Shown: one piece after another, positions 49,078 through 60,819 of the stretch | Position numbering within the stretch: position 1 is the stretch's first letter | Layout of the letters: each line of letters starts with the position of its first letter | Source: Malacoraja senta | Taxonomy: Eukaryota | Assembly: GCA_038087875.1 (NCBI GenBank) | Contig: CM076001.1 | Location: 312,001 to 376,000 of the forward strand | Direction of reading: 5' to 3' | Length of the DNA stretch: 64,000 nt | Position numbers and translations under genes: made by a program | The notes under the pieces: generated by a model | The model's input: the letters and a program-made list of their open reading frames with translations, nothing else | What the model was told of the DNA's origin: nothing | Databases searched by the model: none

Positions 49078-50680
49078 TAGGCATGTTACAAAACTTACCT
49101 TCAGCGGTGCTGCAGTTCTGCCACTGGCCGTGTGCGCGACTTTTGCCCCTTTGAGGTGGGGGGGGGGGGGGAGCGGTGTTAAAATGCGGTTTTCTCCTGC
49201 CTGCCAGAGTTTTATTTTCTCGGGCTGCTAGCTAATGCTGAAGAATTGTTCCGACTGCCGTTTTGTGAATTTTTTTTTTAAACCGCGGGACAATTTCAGT
49301 GCTGGAGTAAAATAAAAATCCACTTCTAATGCCATCAACGCCGACAATGGGACAGATTTCCCGTACGGGACAGCTAAAGGTAAGCCGCTTATTTTACATA
49401 TAAACGTGCTTCTTAGGTGATTTAGGCCCCATATGAACCGGCAGCATTTTTCCTGCCGATATGGGGTTTAAATTCACCGCAACCGCAACGTTCCAATCGA
49501 TCGCGTTCCATAAAATCCCACTCGCAAGATGATTAAAATGGCCATTAATTTACGGGAATTAAACACTAAATTCCTTCCATTTGGCCTATTAATTCATGAC
49601 AATGAGATTTAAAAATCATGTTATATTGTGAATTCTTGTGTGAATGTTATTTGGATACTAAAAGGCCTGTCTCACGAGTCTGCGGTCATTGGCGGCGAAA
49701 CGGGAAGAATCTGCCGCCATAGACCGGGCACTCGTGAGAACGCACAATTCCGGGGCCGTGCGGCATTGTTCCCAACACCGCATGGTGCTAAAATAAAACC
49801 TACACTGTTCAAAAATATTTTCCTACCGCACAGCCTCCACCAGTGATGCACGAGTGCGGCATGGCCGCCGCCACAGCCGCCGCCAGTGTGGCTCGAGCGC
49901 CGTGCATCGAACTTGCACCGTCACAGCCTCCGCCAGTGAGGCACGTGTGCGGCACAGCCGCTGGCACAGCCACCGCTACAGCGCCGCGATCAGGACGGCC
50001 GCCGCCACAGCCGCCGCTGGTGAGTCACGTGCGGCGGGCCGACGTCATCGCAGTCGGCCCGCCCTTTTTTTTACTTACCACAAGCATGTGGGACCAGCCG
50101 TATTTAAATCACTCGGCCCCCGCGCAGCATCCGTGCGGCGCTCCCGTGGCATAGGCTCGGCGCTCTCGCCGTTGCCGTGCGGTCCACTCTACAGGCGAAG
50201 CCGCGCTTCACCGCCGATGACCGCAACAACGTATGACAGAGCCTTTAGGCTATTTAAAAATGTTAATCTTTTCTTAAGAAATGGATAGATGTTTAGATCT
50301 AGTAATTGAATTTTGTAATTAGCTACAATTAGGTAACTAACTAATTATATGCTTTAATTTCAGGTCATCCAAGTAAGATTGTTTCATATTTGTTTCAGAA
50401 TGCTTCAATCTAAAATAACTGAACATTTATTTCAGTTCTCTTAATTTTTAAGAAAGTTATGGGCTTTTGACTGTCCTCGATCACAGCTTTTGTGTTAAGT
50501 CAATGGAAAAGCAATAGGGAACAAGATGCTAATTTCCGAGTATGAAAATGGCCATAACTGTTTTAATACTGAAGATATGAAAGTGAATTAGGTGTCAAAT
50601 TAAACTTCTTTTTATGCTTTATCTGATGAGATAAATTGCAGACTTGATTTTTAAAATCTCAAAATTTTGTAACATTGCTA
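49078..50680. mobile_element. Non-autonomous DNA transposon with TAG...CTA termini and 7-bp TSD (hAT-like)
   Basis: TIRs TAGGCATGTTACAAAA / TTTTGTAACATTGCTA, with CATGTGG at 49071-49077 and 50681-50687. Confidence 0.78.
49661..50246. mobile_element. CpG-rich MITE (Harbinger-like) nested in 49078-50680
   Basis: Imperfect TIRs AAAGGCCTGTCTCAC / GTATGACAGAGCCTTT, with an abrupt GC shift inside the AT-rich host. The TSD is ambiguous. Confidence 0.55.
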
Positions 50681-51883
50681 CATGTGGCGACAGCCTAGTC
50701 ACCTGTAGACGCCTGAAAAACTCCTTAGTGGGACAGGGGCATAATGCAGCATAAGTAGTGAGGGAAACACCATTAAACCTTTAGATCAATGATCTTTCAT
50801 CAAATTGTTGGAAGAATTCCATCATAGCCTTTGGCTTCAAAATCCTGGACCTAAATATCAGCACCGCATTCTGCCACTGGATCCTCAACGGGTGTCAAGG
50901 GTTATGGGGAGAAGGCAGGAAAATGGGATGAGGAGGCAGAGATCAGCCATGATTGAACGGCAGAGTAGACTCGATGGGCTGAATAGCCTAATTCTACTCC
51001 TATATCTAGTGAACGTGAACTTTCTGACCCACAGACCTCAATCAGTGAGGATGGGCAACAACACATCATCCATAATAATGCTCAGTCATAGAAACATAGA
51101 AACATAGACAATAGGTGCAGGTGGAGGCCATTCAGCCCTTCGAGCCAGCACCGCCATTCATTGTGATCATGGCTGATCGTCCCCTATCAATAACGCGAGC
51201 CTGCCTTCTCCCCATATCCCTTGACTCCACTAGCCCCTAGAGCTCTATCTAACTCCCCTCCTATACTCCCGACACAATCACAACTGCATGGCCAAATTCA
51301 GCTCTGACTCCATGTACACATTTGTAGACGACACCACTGTGATGGACCAGATCCATGTTTTGTGTGTGTGAGGCGTCTATGTACCGGAGATGCTGCTGCC
51401 AGCAAGATTCTCATTGTGTCTGTATCTCACCATACTCCTGCATATGAACATAAACAGGACTTGAATAAAGGCGCAATCAAATTTTGTTTACAAAGAGTTG
51501 GTCGGCTCAAAATCATCCAAATACAGACGCTTTTGTTCTAACGCTTCACCCACAGAATAGTTTGTAGGTTGATTGGGCAGCATTTTCCAATTTCATTTCA
51601 AATTTCCAGCACCTGGAAATGTTTTTGATTTTCATTTATCAAAGGTGATGGCTACTTTTATTCTGAGTGGAGTCCATTTTAAATGAGATCATGGTGAAAC
51701 CTACTTATCTCTAGGTTCATGCATCCAATCATTACCAATGAACAAACTCTTTTTTCTTTCATCCAACAGCCCTTTCCTATCACCTGTCCCTTTTCTTAAC
51801 TGCCTCTAAGATGACACCAGTTTTGTTCCCATTATTCGAGAAGGGATCTACCAGCTTTGGAGGGTGTTGAAAAGGCATTCGCC

Positions 51884-52163
51884 GGGCGACACGATGGTGT
51901 AGCAGTAGAGCTACTGCCTTCTAGCGCCAGAGGCCCAGGTTCGTTCCTGACCACGGGAGCTGTCGGTACGTAGTTTGTACGTTCTCCTCGTGACCGATGT
52001 GGGTTTTCTCCGAGATCTTCGGTTTCCTCCCACACTTTAAAGACGGACAGGTTTGTAGGATAATTGGCTTGGTATAAATGTAAATTGTCCCTAGTGTGTG
52101 TAGGATAGTGTTAATGTGTGGGGATAGCTGGTTACCGCGGACTCGGTGGGCTGAAGGGCCTGT
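51884..52163 (+). mobile_element. V-SINE (HE1-like)
   Basis: A/B boxes, V domain and GGGCTGAAGGGCCTGTT tail. Confidence 0.8.
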
Positions 52164-52559
52164 TGACGTGTCACCCACTCCTTCTCTTGAGATGCTGCCT
52201 GTTCCGCTGAGTTACTCAAGCATTTTGTGTCTTTCTGCAGTTCCTTCCTACACATATCACTTATCAGTTCTTGCCGTAAGCCTTTCCCTCACCACTACTA
52301 GATATCACCATCAGTCTGAAGAAAGGTCCCGCCCTGAAATGTGCCGGACCCGCTGAGGTCGGCCAACACCTTTTTTTTGCTTTGGATTCCAGTACGTGCA
52401 GTCATGTGCGTCTCCAGAGCACTGGGACTGCAGTGCCCTCTAACCCACTCTCTCAGGTCCGAGTGCTGCAATGCTAGACAGAGATTTAGATAAAGCCGAA
52501 CAATACAACTCATACACTCTGGGTTGGAGATACAATGAAGATGCAGATCTTGAATGTAA

Positions 52560-53690
52560 ATCCTGGATAAGATTGACATCTACGTCGGACTCATATTCAT
52601 AGACTACAGCTCTGCCTTTAACACCATTGTACCATCCAAGCTCATCACTAACGTTGTGGGACTTGGTGTCAGCTCTCATCTCTGCAACTGGATCCTCAAC
52701 GATAATCCTCAACACTGGTGCTCCACAAGGATGCGTTCTCAGCCCCCTTCTTTACTCCTTGTATACCCACGACTCCAAAGCCAAGTACAAATCTAATTCA
52801 ATGTGGGCCAGATATCAAATAATGATGAGTCAGAGTACAGGAAGGAGATTGAGAACCTTGTGCCCTGGTGTCGAGACAACAGCCTTTCTCTCAATGTCAG
52901 CAAGACAAAGGAGGCAGTGATGGACTTCAGGAAGTGAAGTGGTACACATACCCCAGTTTGCATTGACGGCGCCAAAGTAGAGATGGTTGAAAACCTCAAA
53001 TCCTTTGGAGTCAATATCACCAACAACTTCTCCTGGACCACCCACATTGAAGCAATGACCAAGAAAGCACACTATCACCTCTATTTCCTTAGAAAGGTTA
53101 GGGAGTTTAGCATGAGCCCTACAACTTCCACCAACTTCTGCAGTTGTACCAGAGAAAACATTTTATCCAGATGTATCACAGCGTGGTTTGGGAACATTGC
53201 CATCCAAGACCGCAAGAAATTGCAGCGAATTGTGGATGCAGCCCAGACCATGACACAAACCAACCTCCCTTCCATTTACTCAATTAAGACCTCACGCTGC
53301 CTCGGCAAGGCCAGCAGCATAATCAAGGACAACTGGTCACTCCCTCTTCGCCCCTTTCCCATCAGGCAAAAGGGAGAGAAAACGCACACCTCCAGATTCA
53401 GGGAGAGTTTTGTACCCAGATGTTATCCCGCAACTGAATCATCCTACCACAACTAGAGAGCAGTCCTGAACTACTATCCATCTCATTGGTGACCCTCAGA
53501 CTATCCTTGTTTGGATATTGCTGGCTTCATCTTACACTAAACGTTATTCCCTTATCATGTATCTATACACTGTAAATGACTCGATTATAATTATGTATTG
53601 TCTTTCTGCTGACTAGTTAGCATGCAACTAGAGCTTTTCACTGTACCTCGGTACACGTGACAATAAACTAAACTGAAAACTGAAACTGAT
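52560..53690 (+). mobile_element. Rex1/Babar-type LINE RT/3' fragment
   Basis: NTGAPQGCVLSPLLYSLYTHD and KKAHYHLYFLRK peptides, then GACAATAAA and an (AACTGA)n tail. Confidence 0.82.
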
Positions 53691-53699
53691 TTAGGTAAA

Positions 53700-54520
53700 C
53701 AACAACTCGTAACAAGGGCAGAGTCCCCCTTGTCCTCACCTTCCACCCTACCAGCCGTCACATACAACAAATAATCCTCCAACATTTTCGCCACATCCAA
53801 CGTGACCCCACCACTTGCCACATCTTCCCATCTCCTCCCCTGTCTGCTTTCCGCAGAGACCGCTCCATCCGTAACTCCCTTGTCAATTCGTCCCTTCCCA
53901 CCCGAACCACCCCTTCTCCTGGCACTTTCCCTTTCAACCGCAGGAAATGCTACACTTGTCGCTTTACCTCCCCCCTTGACTCCATTCAAGGACCCAAGCA
54001 GTCTTTCCAGGTGCGGCAGAGGTTCACCTGCACCTCCTCCAACCTCATCTATTGCATCCGCTGCTCTGGATGTCAGCTGAAATACATCGGTGAGACCAAG
54101 CGTAGGATTGGCGATCGCTTCGCCCAACACCTTCCCTCGGTTCGCAATAACCAACTTGATCTCCCGGTGGCTCAGCACTTCAACTCCCCCTCCCATTCCA
54201 AATCTGACCTTTCTGTCCTGGGCCTCCTCCATGGCCAGTGAGGACCACCGTAAATTGGAGGAGCAGCACCTCATATTTCCCTTCGACAGTTTGCATCCCA
54301 GCGGTATGAACATTGACTTCTCTAATTTCAGGTAGTCCCTACTTTCTCCTCCACTTCTCAGCTCTCCCTCAGCCCACTGTCTCTTCCTTTCTTCTTCCCG
54401 CCCCCCCCTCCCACCCTCACATCAGTCTGAAGAAGGGTATTTACCCAAAACGTTGCCTATTTCCTTCGCTCCATAGATGCTCCCTCACCCGCTGAGTTTC
54501 TCTAGCATTTTTGTCTACCT
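53700..54520 (+). mobile_element. Penelope-like element 3' part (GIY-YIG + pLTR)
   Basis: FTCTSSNLIYCIRCSGCQLKYIGETKRRIGDRFAQH (LIY-YIG) and ...GMNIDFSNFR*. The pLTR carries a decayed hammerhead motif at ~54425-54457. Confidence 0.9.
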
Positions 54521-54754
54521 TAGATATACAACAATGCAATTTTAGTTTGCATTAATTGACACAGCAACCATAATCTCCAGGCCAGTTTTATTATTTCCAG
54601 GGAAGAGAATTATTTTTCTGAAATAGCCAACAACCACCAGATTTAGATTCTCTTCAGAGTCCAATCTGCACCCTCTAACTATTTATATATTATCCCCAAC
54701 AATGGCTGGTGAAACACTTGGAAATGCAGCCTCAAACTTTTCTTTGTGCAGTTA

Positions 54755-55875
54755 TAGTCATAGAGTGATACAGTGTGGAAACGGGCCCTTTGGCCCAACC
54801 TTCCCACACCGGCCAACATGTCCCAGCTACACTAGGCCCACCTACCTGCGCTTGGTCCATATCCCTCCAAACCTGTCCTACCATGTACTGTCCAACTGGT
54901 TCTCAAATGGTGGGATAATCCCAGCCTCAACTACCTCATCTGAGGAAGGGTTTCGGCCCAAAACGTTGCCTATTTCCTTCGCTCCATAGATGCTGCTGCA
55001 CCCGCTGAGTTTCTCCAGCATTTTTGTGTACCTACCTCATCTGGCAGCTTGTTCCATACACCCACCGCCCTTTGAGTGAAAAATCTACCCCTCGATTCCC
55101 CTACTCTGGGCAAGAGACTGTGTATCTACCCAATTTATGCCTCTCATGAATTTATACACCTCTATAAGATCACCCCTGATCCTCCTGTGCTCCAAGGAAT
55201 AGAGACCCAGCCTACTCAACCTCTTCCTATAGCTCACACCCTCTAGTCCTGGCAACATCCTCGTAAACCCTTTCAAGGTTGACAATATCTTTCCTATAAC
55301 ATGGTGCCCAGAACTGAACACAATATTCAAAATGCGGTCTCACCAACGTCTTATACAACTGCAACATTACCTCCTCAATACTCTGACTCATGATGGTCAA
55401 TGTGCCAAAAGCCTTTTTGACCACCTTATCTACCTGCGACTCGACCTTCAAGGAACCATGCACCCGTACTCTTAGATCGCTCTGCTCCACAATACTATCC
55501 AGAGGCCTACCATTCACTGTATAGGTCCTGCCCTGATTAGACGTCCCAAAATGCAACACCTCACACATTTCTGCATTAAATTCGAACAACCATTCCTCAG
55601 CCCACCTGGCCAATCGCTCCAGATCCAGCTGCAATCTTTCACAATCATCTTCATTATCTGCAAAACCACTCACTTTTCTATCATCAGCAAACTTGCCCTG
55701 TATGTTCTCATCCAACTCATTGATGTAGATGCAAAACAGTAACAGGCCCAGCACCGAACCATGAGGCACACCACTAGTCACAGGCGTCCAGTCCGAGAAG
55801 CAACCTTCTACCATCACCCTCTGCTTCCATTCATGGAGCTAATTTGCTATCCATTCAGCCATCTCTCCTTGGATC
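54755..55875 (-). mobile_element. CR1 3' fragment with a pLTR insertion (~54938-55032)
   Basis: VTSGVPHGSVLG, KFADD and LVRPHFEYCVQFW peptides. CTACCTCATCTG is duplicated around the pLTR piece. Confidence 0.85.
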
Positions 55876-56005
55876 CATAACTTAATTCAATAACTTAACG
55901 TGCCCCATGCATTTTTCATTCTACTAGTTTATTCCAAATAAATGTTATATTAGTGTGTGCCAGTGATTATTTCACATGTTGCAATGATCTATTGATTTAT
56001 TTTCT

Positions 56006-59000
56006 ATTTTACTTCGGAGTCACGTGAGTGACTACGTGAAGACCCCGCCAGCATGCATGCGTGTCATATCGTCTATCACATTGCGTACGACTGGCGGGGG
56101 GGCATGATGCTCCTGCCAGCGGTCAGACCTGAAGGTAAGTTTTTAAAACCTTTTCCAGGTTATGTCTTCTTGCAGGAACCTCTAATTAGGAGGAGCGTTG
56201 CCCCTGCAGCGGAAGGTTTAAAACTGGACCTGCAGGTAAATTCTTTACTCTAAGGTCGTTTTGTTCTATTTTCTGTGAGAATTGTGTTACAGGAAAGGAA
56301 CCATGGACTAAGTCCAAATGGACGGCATCCAGACTGACTGCGGAGGACCGCGGAAGTGCGGGCAGTCAGCAGCGGTCGGCTGCACCAGGATCACTATTCG
56401 ATCAGCAGTCTCCGACCTGGCACCTGCACAGTCCGAATCGACACCACAGACTGGCGGGAAGGCCAAGCAGAAGTCGGACAGGCCCGAAGACGAGTCGGGC
56501 TGTGAAGACTCACCGCCGGCGGGCAGCAACTGTGAGCGCATATCCCGCTTGGAGCGGTTGATGGAGCAGATGCTCCAACGCGACGTATATGGAGTCTAGT
56601 CACCATGGGGTCCTAGGACGCCCATGGCAGCACCTTATAGAGGGCTGCATAATGCATCTCCCTCGACAGAGTGGAGCATTAGGAGTCATTTCTGGGCTGA
56701 CTCTGAAGACAGGGGTTTGGCTGAAGATACCACAAGTGTGCTGGGGGTGCAGGAACAACACAACCAGCAGCAGGAGCAGGCTGTGAATGACAACTATCAA
56801 ATACCCAGCACCAGGGAACTGTGTTTCTCTCAGTGTCCCTGCGGTGAACAGCTATCTGGGGACCCCAACTTTGCAGGACTGTGCAAGACAAGTAACCACT
56901 GATACTGCCATTTGGGGGCAACCTGTTGAAACAGGTCAAGAAGCTCGACGAGGGCCGTCGGGCTCATGAAGGCCACATCATCAGGCAAGACCTCACATCT
57001 CCGGCGGCAGCACCCCTACGCACCCACCAGCAAACGACGATGCCCTGAAGCTGGTGAAAGCTCGAAGGCCGTACAACCAGGACAAAGGTCTTTTCAGACC
57101 ACGGCCCAGAACGGCCTTCCTGGAAGATGTGCCAACCCCGTACTCGAGCTCCTCTACCTCCCAGGAGCAGAAGGTGCAAACATCATGCACACATGGTTGA
57201 GGCAGCTCCTGGGTCGGGTTGCATAAGTCCTCCCATTCAGATGAAGGATGAAGCTGATTGAGGCAACTCCTGGAAGTTCCCCATCCGGCAGTGGAAGGTA
57301 TGGAGCCACATCGATGATGCCTCCTGTCACGGATACAAGTTGGTAATACTTACACTGGTTTGAATATTTACACTGGTTTGGGATAACATGAGATTAGTTT
57401 ATACTGCACAGCAGGTATGGTTGGAGTTGCCTTTCAAGGCAGGCTCGCAATTATGGGGATGTAGACTGTTCATTGTCAACAGCTTCAACCCGCATGTGCA
57501 GTATAGACATTTCTGAGTAACTTCCATGTGATCATTTCCGCTCACAGGCTTCGGAGATATTTGAAATTTAGCTGGATGAGGCAAGGATACACTCAGAAGC
57601 ATTGCAAAATGGGCTAACTTCAGCTCCCAGGTTATTTACCAAATCACTACAATCAGTGCTTTGACTGCACAGAGCTAACAAACAAGTGTTATGGCCAAAC
57701 TGGATGATATTGAACATATTGTATTTTGCTAAATTAGCCTTGTCAGCCACATAGCTACATTTGAGAAATTGGGTTTCTCATCCGTCCAGTAAAATTTAAG
57801 TTAAGTTGATACCAACTGAAACTATTGATTATTGGGATACAATTAATCCATTCATTTGTCTGGGACTCCGCTCTGAGACAAAAGATTAGACCTCTGCTAT
57901 TCCCAGCTGAAACTATCAAAGTCACAATGGTGGACGAACAGTATTCAGCGTTGCTCCATTAAACCTTTCATCCGTAAATCTTCAGTCAATTCCAAAGTGA
58001 TGCTATTACTCAAAGATGGAAAATTACTAATACCATCTCTAGTTATGGAGGCAGATGGGATAGCATGAGTTATCAATTGTTCAGTTATGGTATCAACTGC
58101 CAATGGTGCATTAAAGGGTGTGTGAATATGCATAATCTGCATGCACAAGTCCAAGGTGATACACTTTGGTGGTGGTATATGTTAATCACAAGGGTGCAAT
58201 CAAATCAATGTATCCGGTGATAGTTTACCTAACCGCATTTAGCACTGGTGTATTATCATGTAAAATCAATGACAACACAGAATGGATGTGCGATCACAAA
58301 GTATTTAATGACATTGTGGCTCGATGGAACACTAACGATCGAGATGTTTGCATCCAGGGTCAATCACCAGTTGTTGAAAATACGAGGCATATCAATGGCG
58401 ATGGGTGCATTCTCGCTACACTAGGGAGGAATGTTCTTTTATGTCTTCCTCCATTTGGCCTCATTAGACGGGTCTTGCAAAATTCAGCAAGTTTCCCGCT
58501 TCCGGCATTTTCGTAGTGCCTGCCTGGTTTATATACCCATGGTTCCCGCTGATGTGGGGAATGATCATAAAACCTTACATGGTTATTTCTGGACACAAAA
58601 AATTGCTGGTTCAGCTGTGATGTGGAAACGATCCTCTGCATGATATAATCAATTCATTGACTTGCAGACTCTGAGAGACTGCTGCTCGGGTTGTTAAACC
58701 AAAAGCCTTGGGAGTGCTCACTGCAGATTGCAGGGATAGCACCAAATAGCAGCATTCCTCATAAGGAGATGGGAGGTGTTTATGCTTATTTACATTTAAC
58801 TCGGCACGGATGATTGACGCCTTGAAATTCAGTTTATATGGCATTTTATAGCATTAAGTTAAAGTTCCATTTACTGTGCCTGAAGTACCTCCTCATCATT
58901 TGGCTGCGGGGAACAGAAACCACTCTGTCGGGTCTCACCCTCTGACATCTAGATTATGAAGGGGGTATCGTCAACTTAAAACCTCCCAGGCCTAGGGAAG

Positions 59001-60063
59001 CAGAGATATGGGTTGCTAACATTGTGCTATGTCATTTCGCCGATGGGCTCCAACAACATCCCTGTCCTTGGTCAAACGGGTCCAGCGCAACGGGTCCAGT
59101 CATTGCTACACTGGATAGGATGATCATATCTGCGGGCAATATTAACATGTTATGTTTATGATTAAGTCAAGCAGAGTAGACAGGGACATAAGACCAAACT
59201 AGATGTTGCATATCCCATGGACCATGGGTTGTGTGTGATCACGCATCTACATCAGTATGTCAAGGTCCCTAAGAGCCTTATAGACTCTGACTAGCAATAT
59301 TGTTAGTTACATAAACCTTGTTAGAAGGTATCACTGCAGACCTTCCCCAGGGGGTTAAATGGGTCTGGCTTATACAGGAGTGACCATTGACATTTTGAGT
59401 CTCACTCCACCAGGACCGCAACACCTCAACAGCAGGGTTATGGACCACATCCTAGCGGCTGCAGGATGGTCAAACTAACGATCTGTCCAAATATTCAGAA
59501 TAAAGCCATTGCCAGATCGGGGGTATTTGCCAACTCTATGTTAGGTCTGTTTCATAGCTTCCTCCCGGTCGAGGGAGGTTACTATTGCCACTATTGTTCA
59601 TTAATAGCATCAACATGTCTATATCTATGTAATGTCTGAATGCATTATTAATGTTCACTCATCATTGGCCTACTGATGCAGTGTATGACGCCTGGACTCG
59701 TTTCCACGGCATGAAATCACAGAGCTTTAAAATCTTCACGTAGTCACTCACGTGACTCCGAAGTAAAATAGTAAGATTAAACGAGAACTTACCAGTTTGA
59801 AGTTTGATCTTTATTTTATGAGGAGTAACGTTGAGGGATTACGTGCCCTCCACGCCCACCCTCTATCATAAAGGTCAACTGGTATTCTAGTTTCTCTTAT
59901 CTTACTATGTTTAGTTCAATAACTGTTGTCTGTGATTTCACACTGGTTTTAAAGATTGACACGCATGCGTGCTGGTGGGGTCTTCACGTAATCCCTCAAC
60001 GTTACTCCTCATAAAATAAAGATCAAACTTCAAACTGTTAAGTTCTCGTTTAATCTTACTATT
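56006..60063 (+). mobile_element. DIRS1-type element, copy C (coding regions heavily decayed, termini near-perfect)
   Basis: ATT at both ends and ICR at 59733-59845. Remnants include QNGLTSAPRLFTK (~57605-57645), NDNTEWM, MFASRVNHQL, LPPFGLI, GSHPL and SHSTR. Confidence 0.92.
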
Positions 60064-60096
60064 AAACAGCAGAACTTTCTCCCTCATTCAGTTTTA

Positions 60097-60505
60097 CTAT
60101 AGTTTAGTTTAGAGATACAGCATGGAAACAGCCCCGTTGGTCCATGGTGTCTGCACCGACTAGCGATCCCCGAACAATAACTACATCCTACACACACTAG
60201 GGACAATTTACATTTATCCCAAGCCAATTCACCTACAACCTGGTGTAGACACAACATTCTGGAGTAACTCAGCGGGACAGGCAGCATCTCTGGAGAGAAG
60301 GAATGGGTGACGTTTCGGGTCGAGACCCTTCTTCAGACCTACAAACCTGTACATCTTTGGAGTGTGGCAGGAATCCGAAGACCTTTGGAGAAAACTCACA
60401 CAGGTCACAGGGAGAACGTACAAACTCTGTACAGACAGCACCCGTAGTCGGGATTGAACCTGGGTCTCTGGTGCTGAAATGCAGCAACTCTACCGCTGCG
60501 CCACC
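60097..60505 (-). mobile_element. V-SINE (HE1-like), interrupted by a pLTR fragment
   Basis: Reverse strand GGTGGCGCAGCGGTAGAG...GGTTCAATCCC, with an (ACTAA)n tail. Confidence 0.82.
60306..60339 (-). ncRNA. Minimal type I hammerhead ribozyme motif (Penelope pLTR-type)
   Basis: Reverse strand reads GGU-CUGAAGA-A-GGGUC-UC-GACCC-GAAAC-GUC-ACC: CUGANGA and GAAA cores, a stem II hairpin, a GUC cleavage triplet, GGU/ACC stem I and a minimal stem III. Activity is not shown. Confidence 0.68.
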
Positions 60506-60819
60506 AAACTATTAAGAATGCAAATCTATTGCTTGAGTGTGCCCCTTCATTTTCATTCTGAAAAATGCCACAAACCTTTCAATCAAATGCTCAAAATGGG
60601 TTCCCCTCATTCAATATTTGACTACTTTACACGTGCTTCATTTTGATGATCCACAACCTATTGGAGAATGTGAAGAGGATACAGAGGAGATCCACAAGGT
60701 CATTGCCTGGGGTGGAATGCTTGTTATTTTGAGGAGATACTGGAAAGACTGGGTTTGTTTTCCTTGGAGCAGATGGGGCTGAGGAGAGACCTGAACAAGT
60801 ATCCAAAATTATGTGTGGT

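Larger units (their letters stand above)
48570..50741. mobile_element. Harbinger-type MITE hosting two nested insertions
   Basis: TTA|TGGGCCTGTCCAACGTAGG ... CCTTAGTGGGACAGGGGCA|TAA. The two trinucleotide flanks differ at one base. Confidence 0.65.

Noticed and set aside
49690..50230. CpG island / host promoter (also 1-370, 4300-4720, 27400-27900)
   Set aside because: Each CpG-rich patch lies inside a bounded transposon copy.
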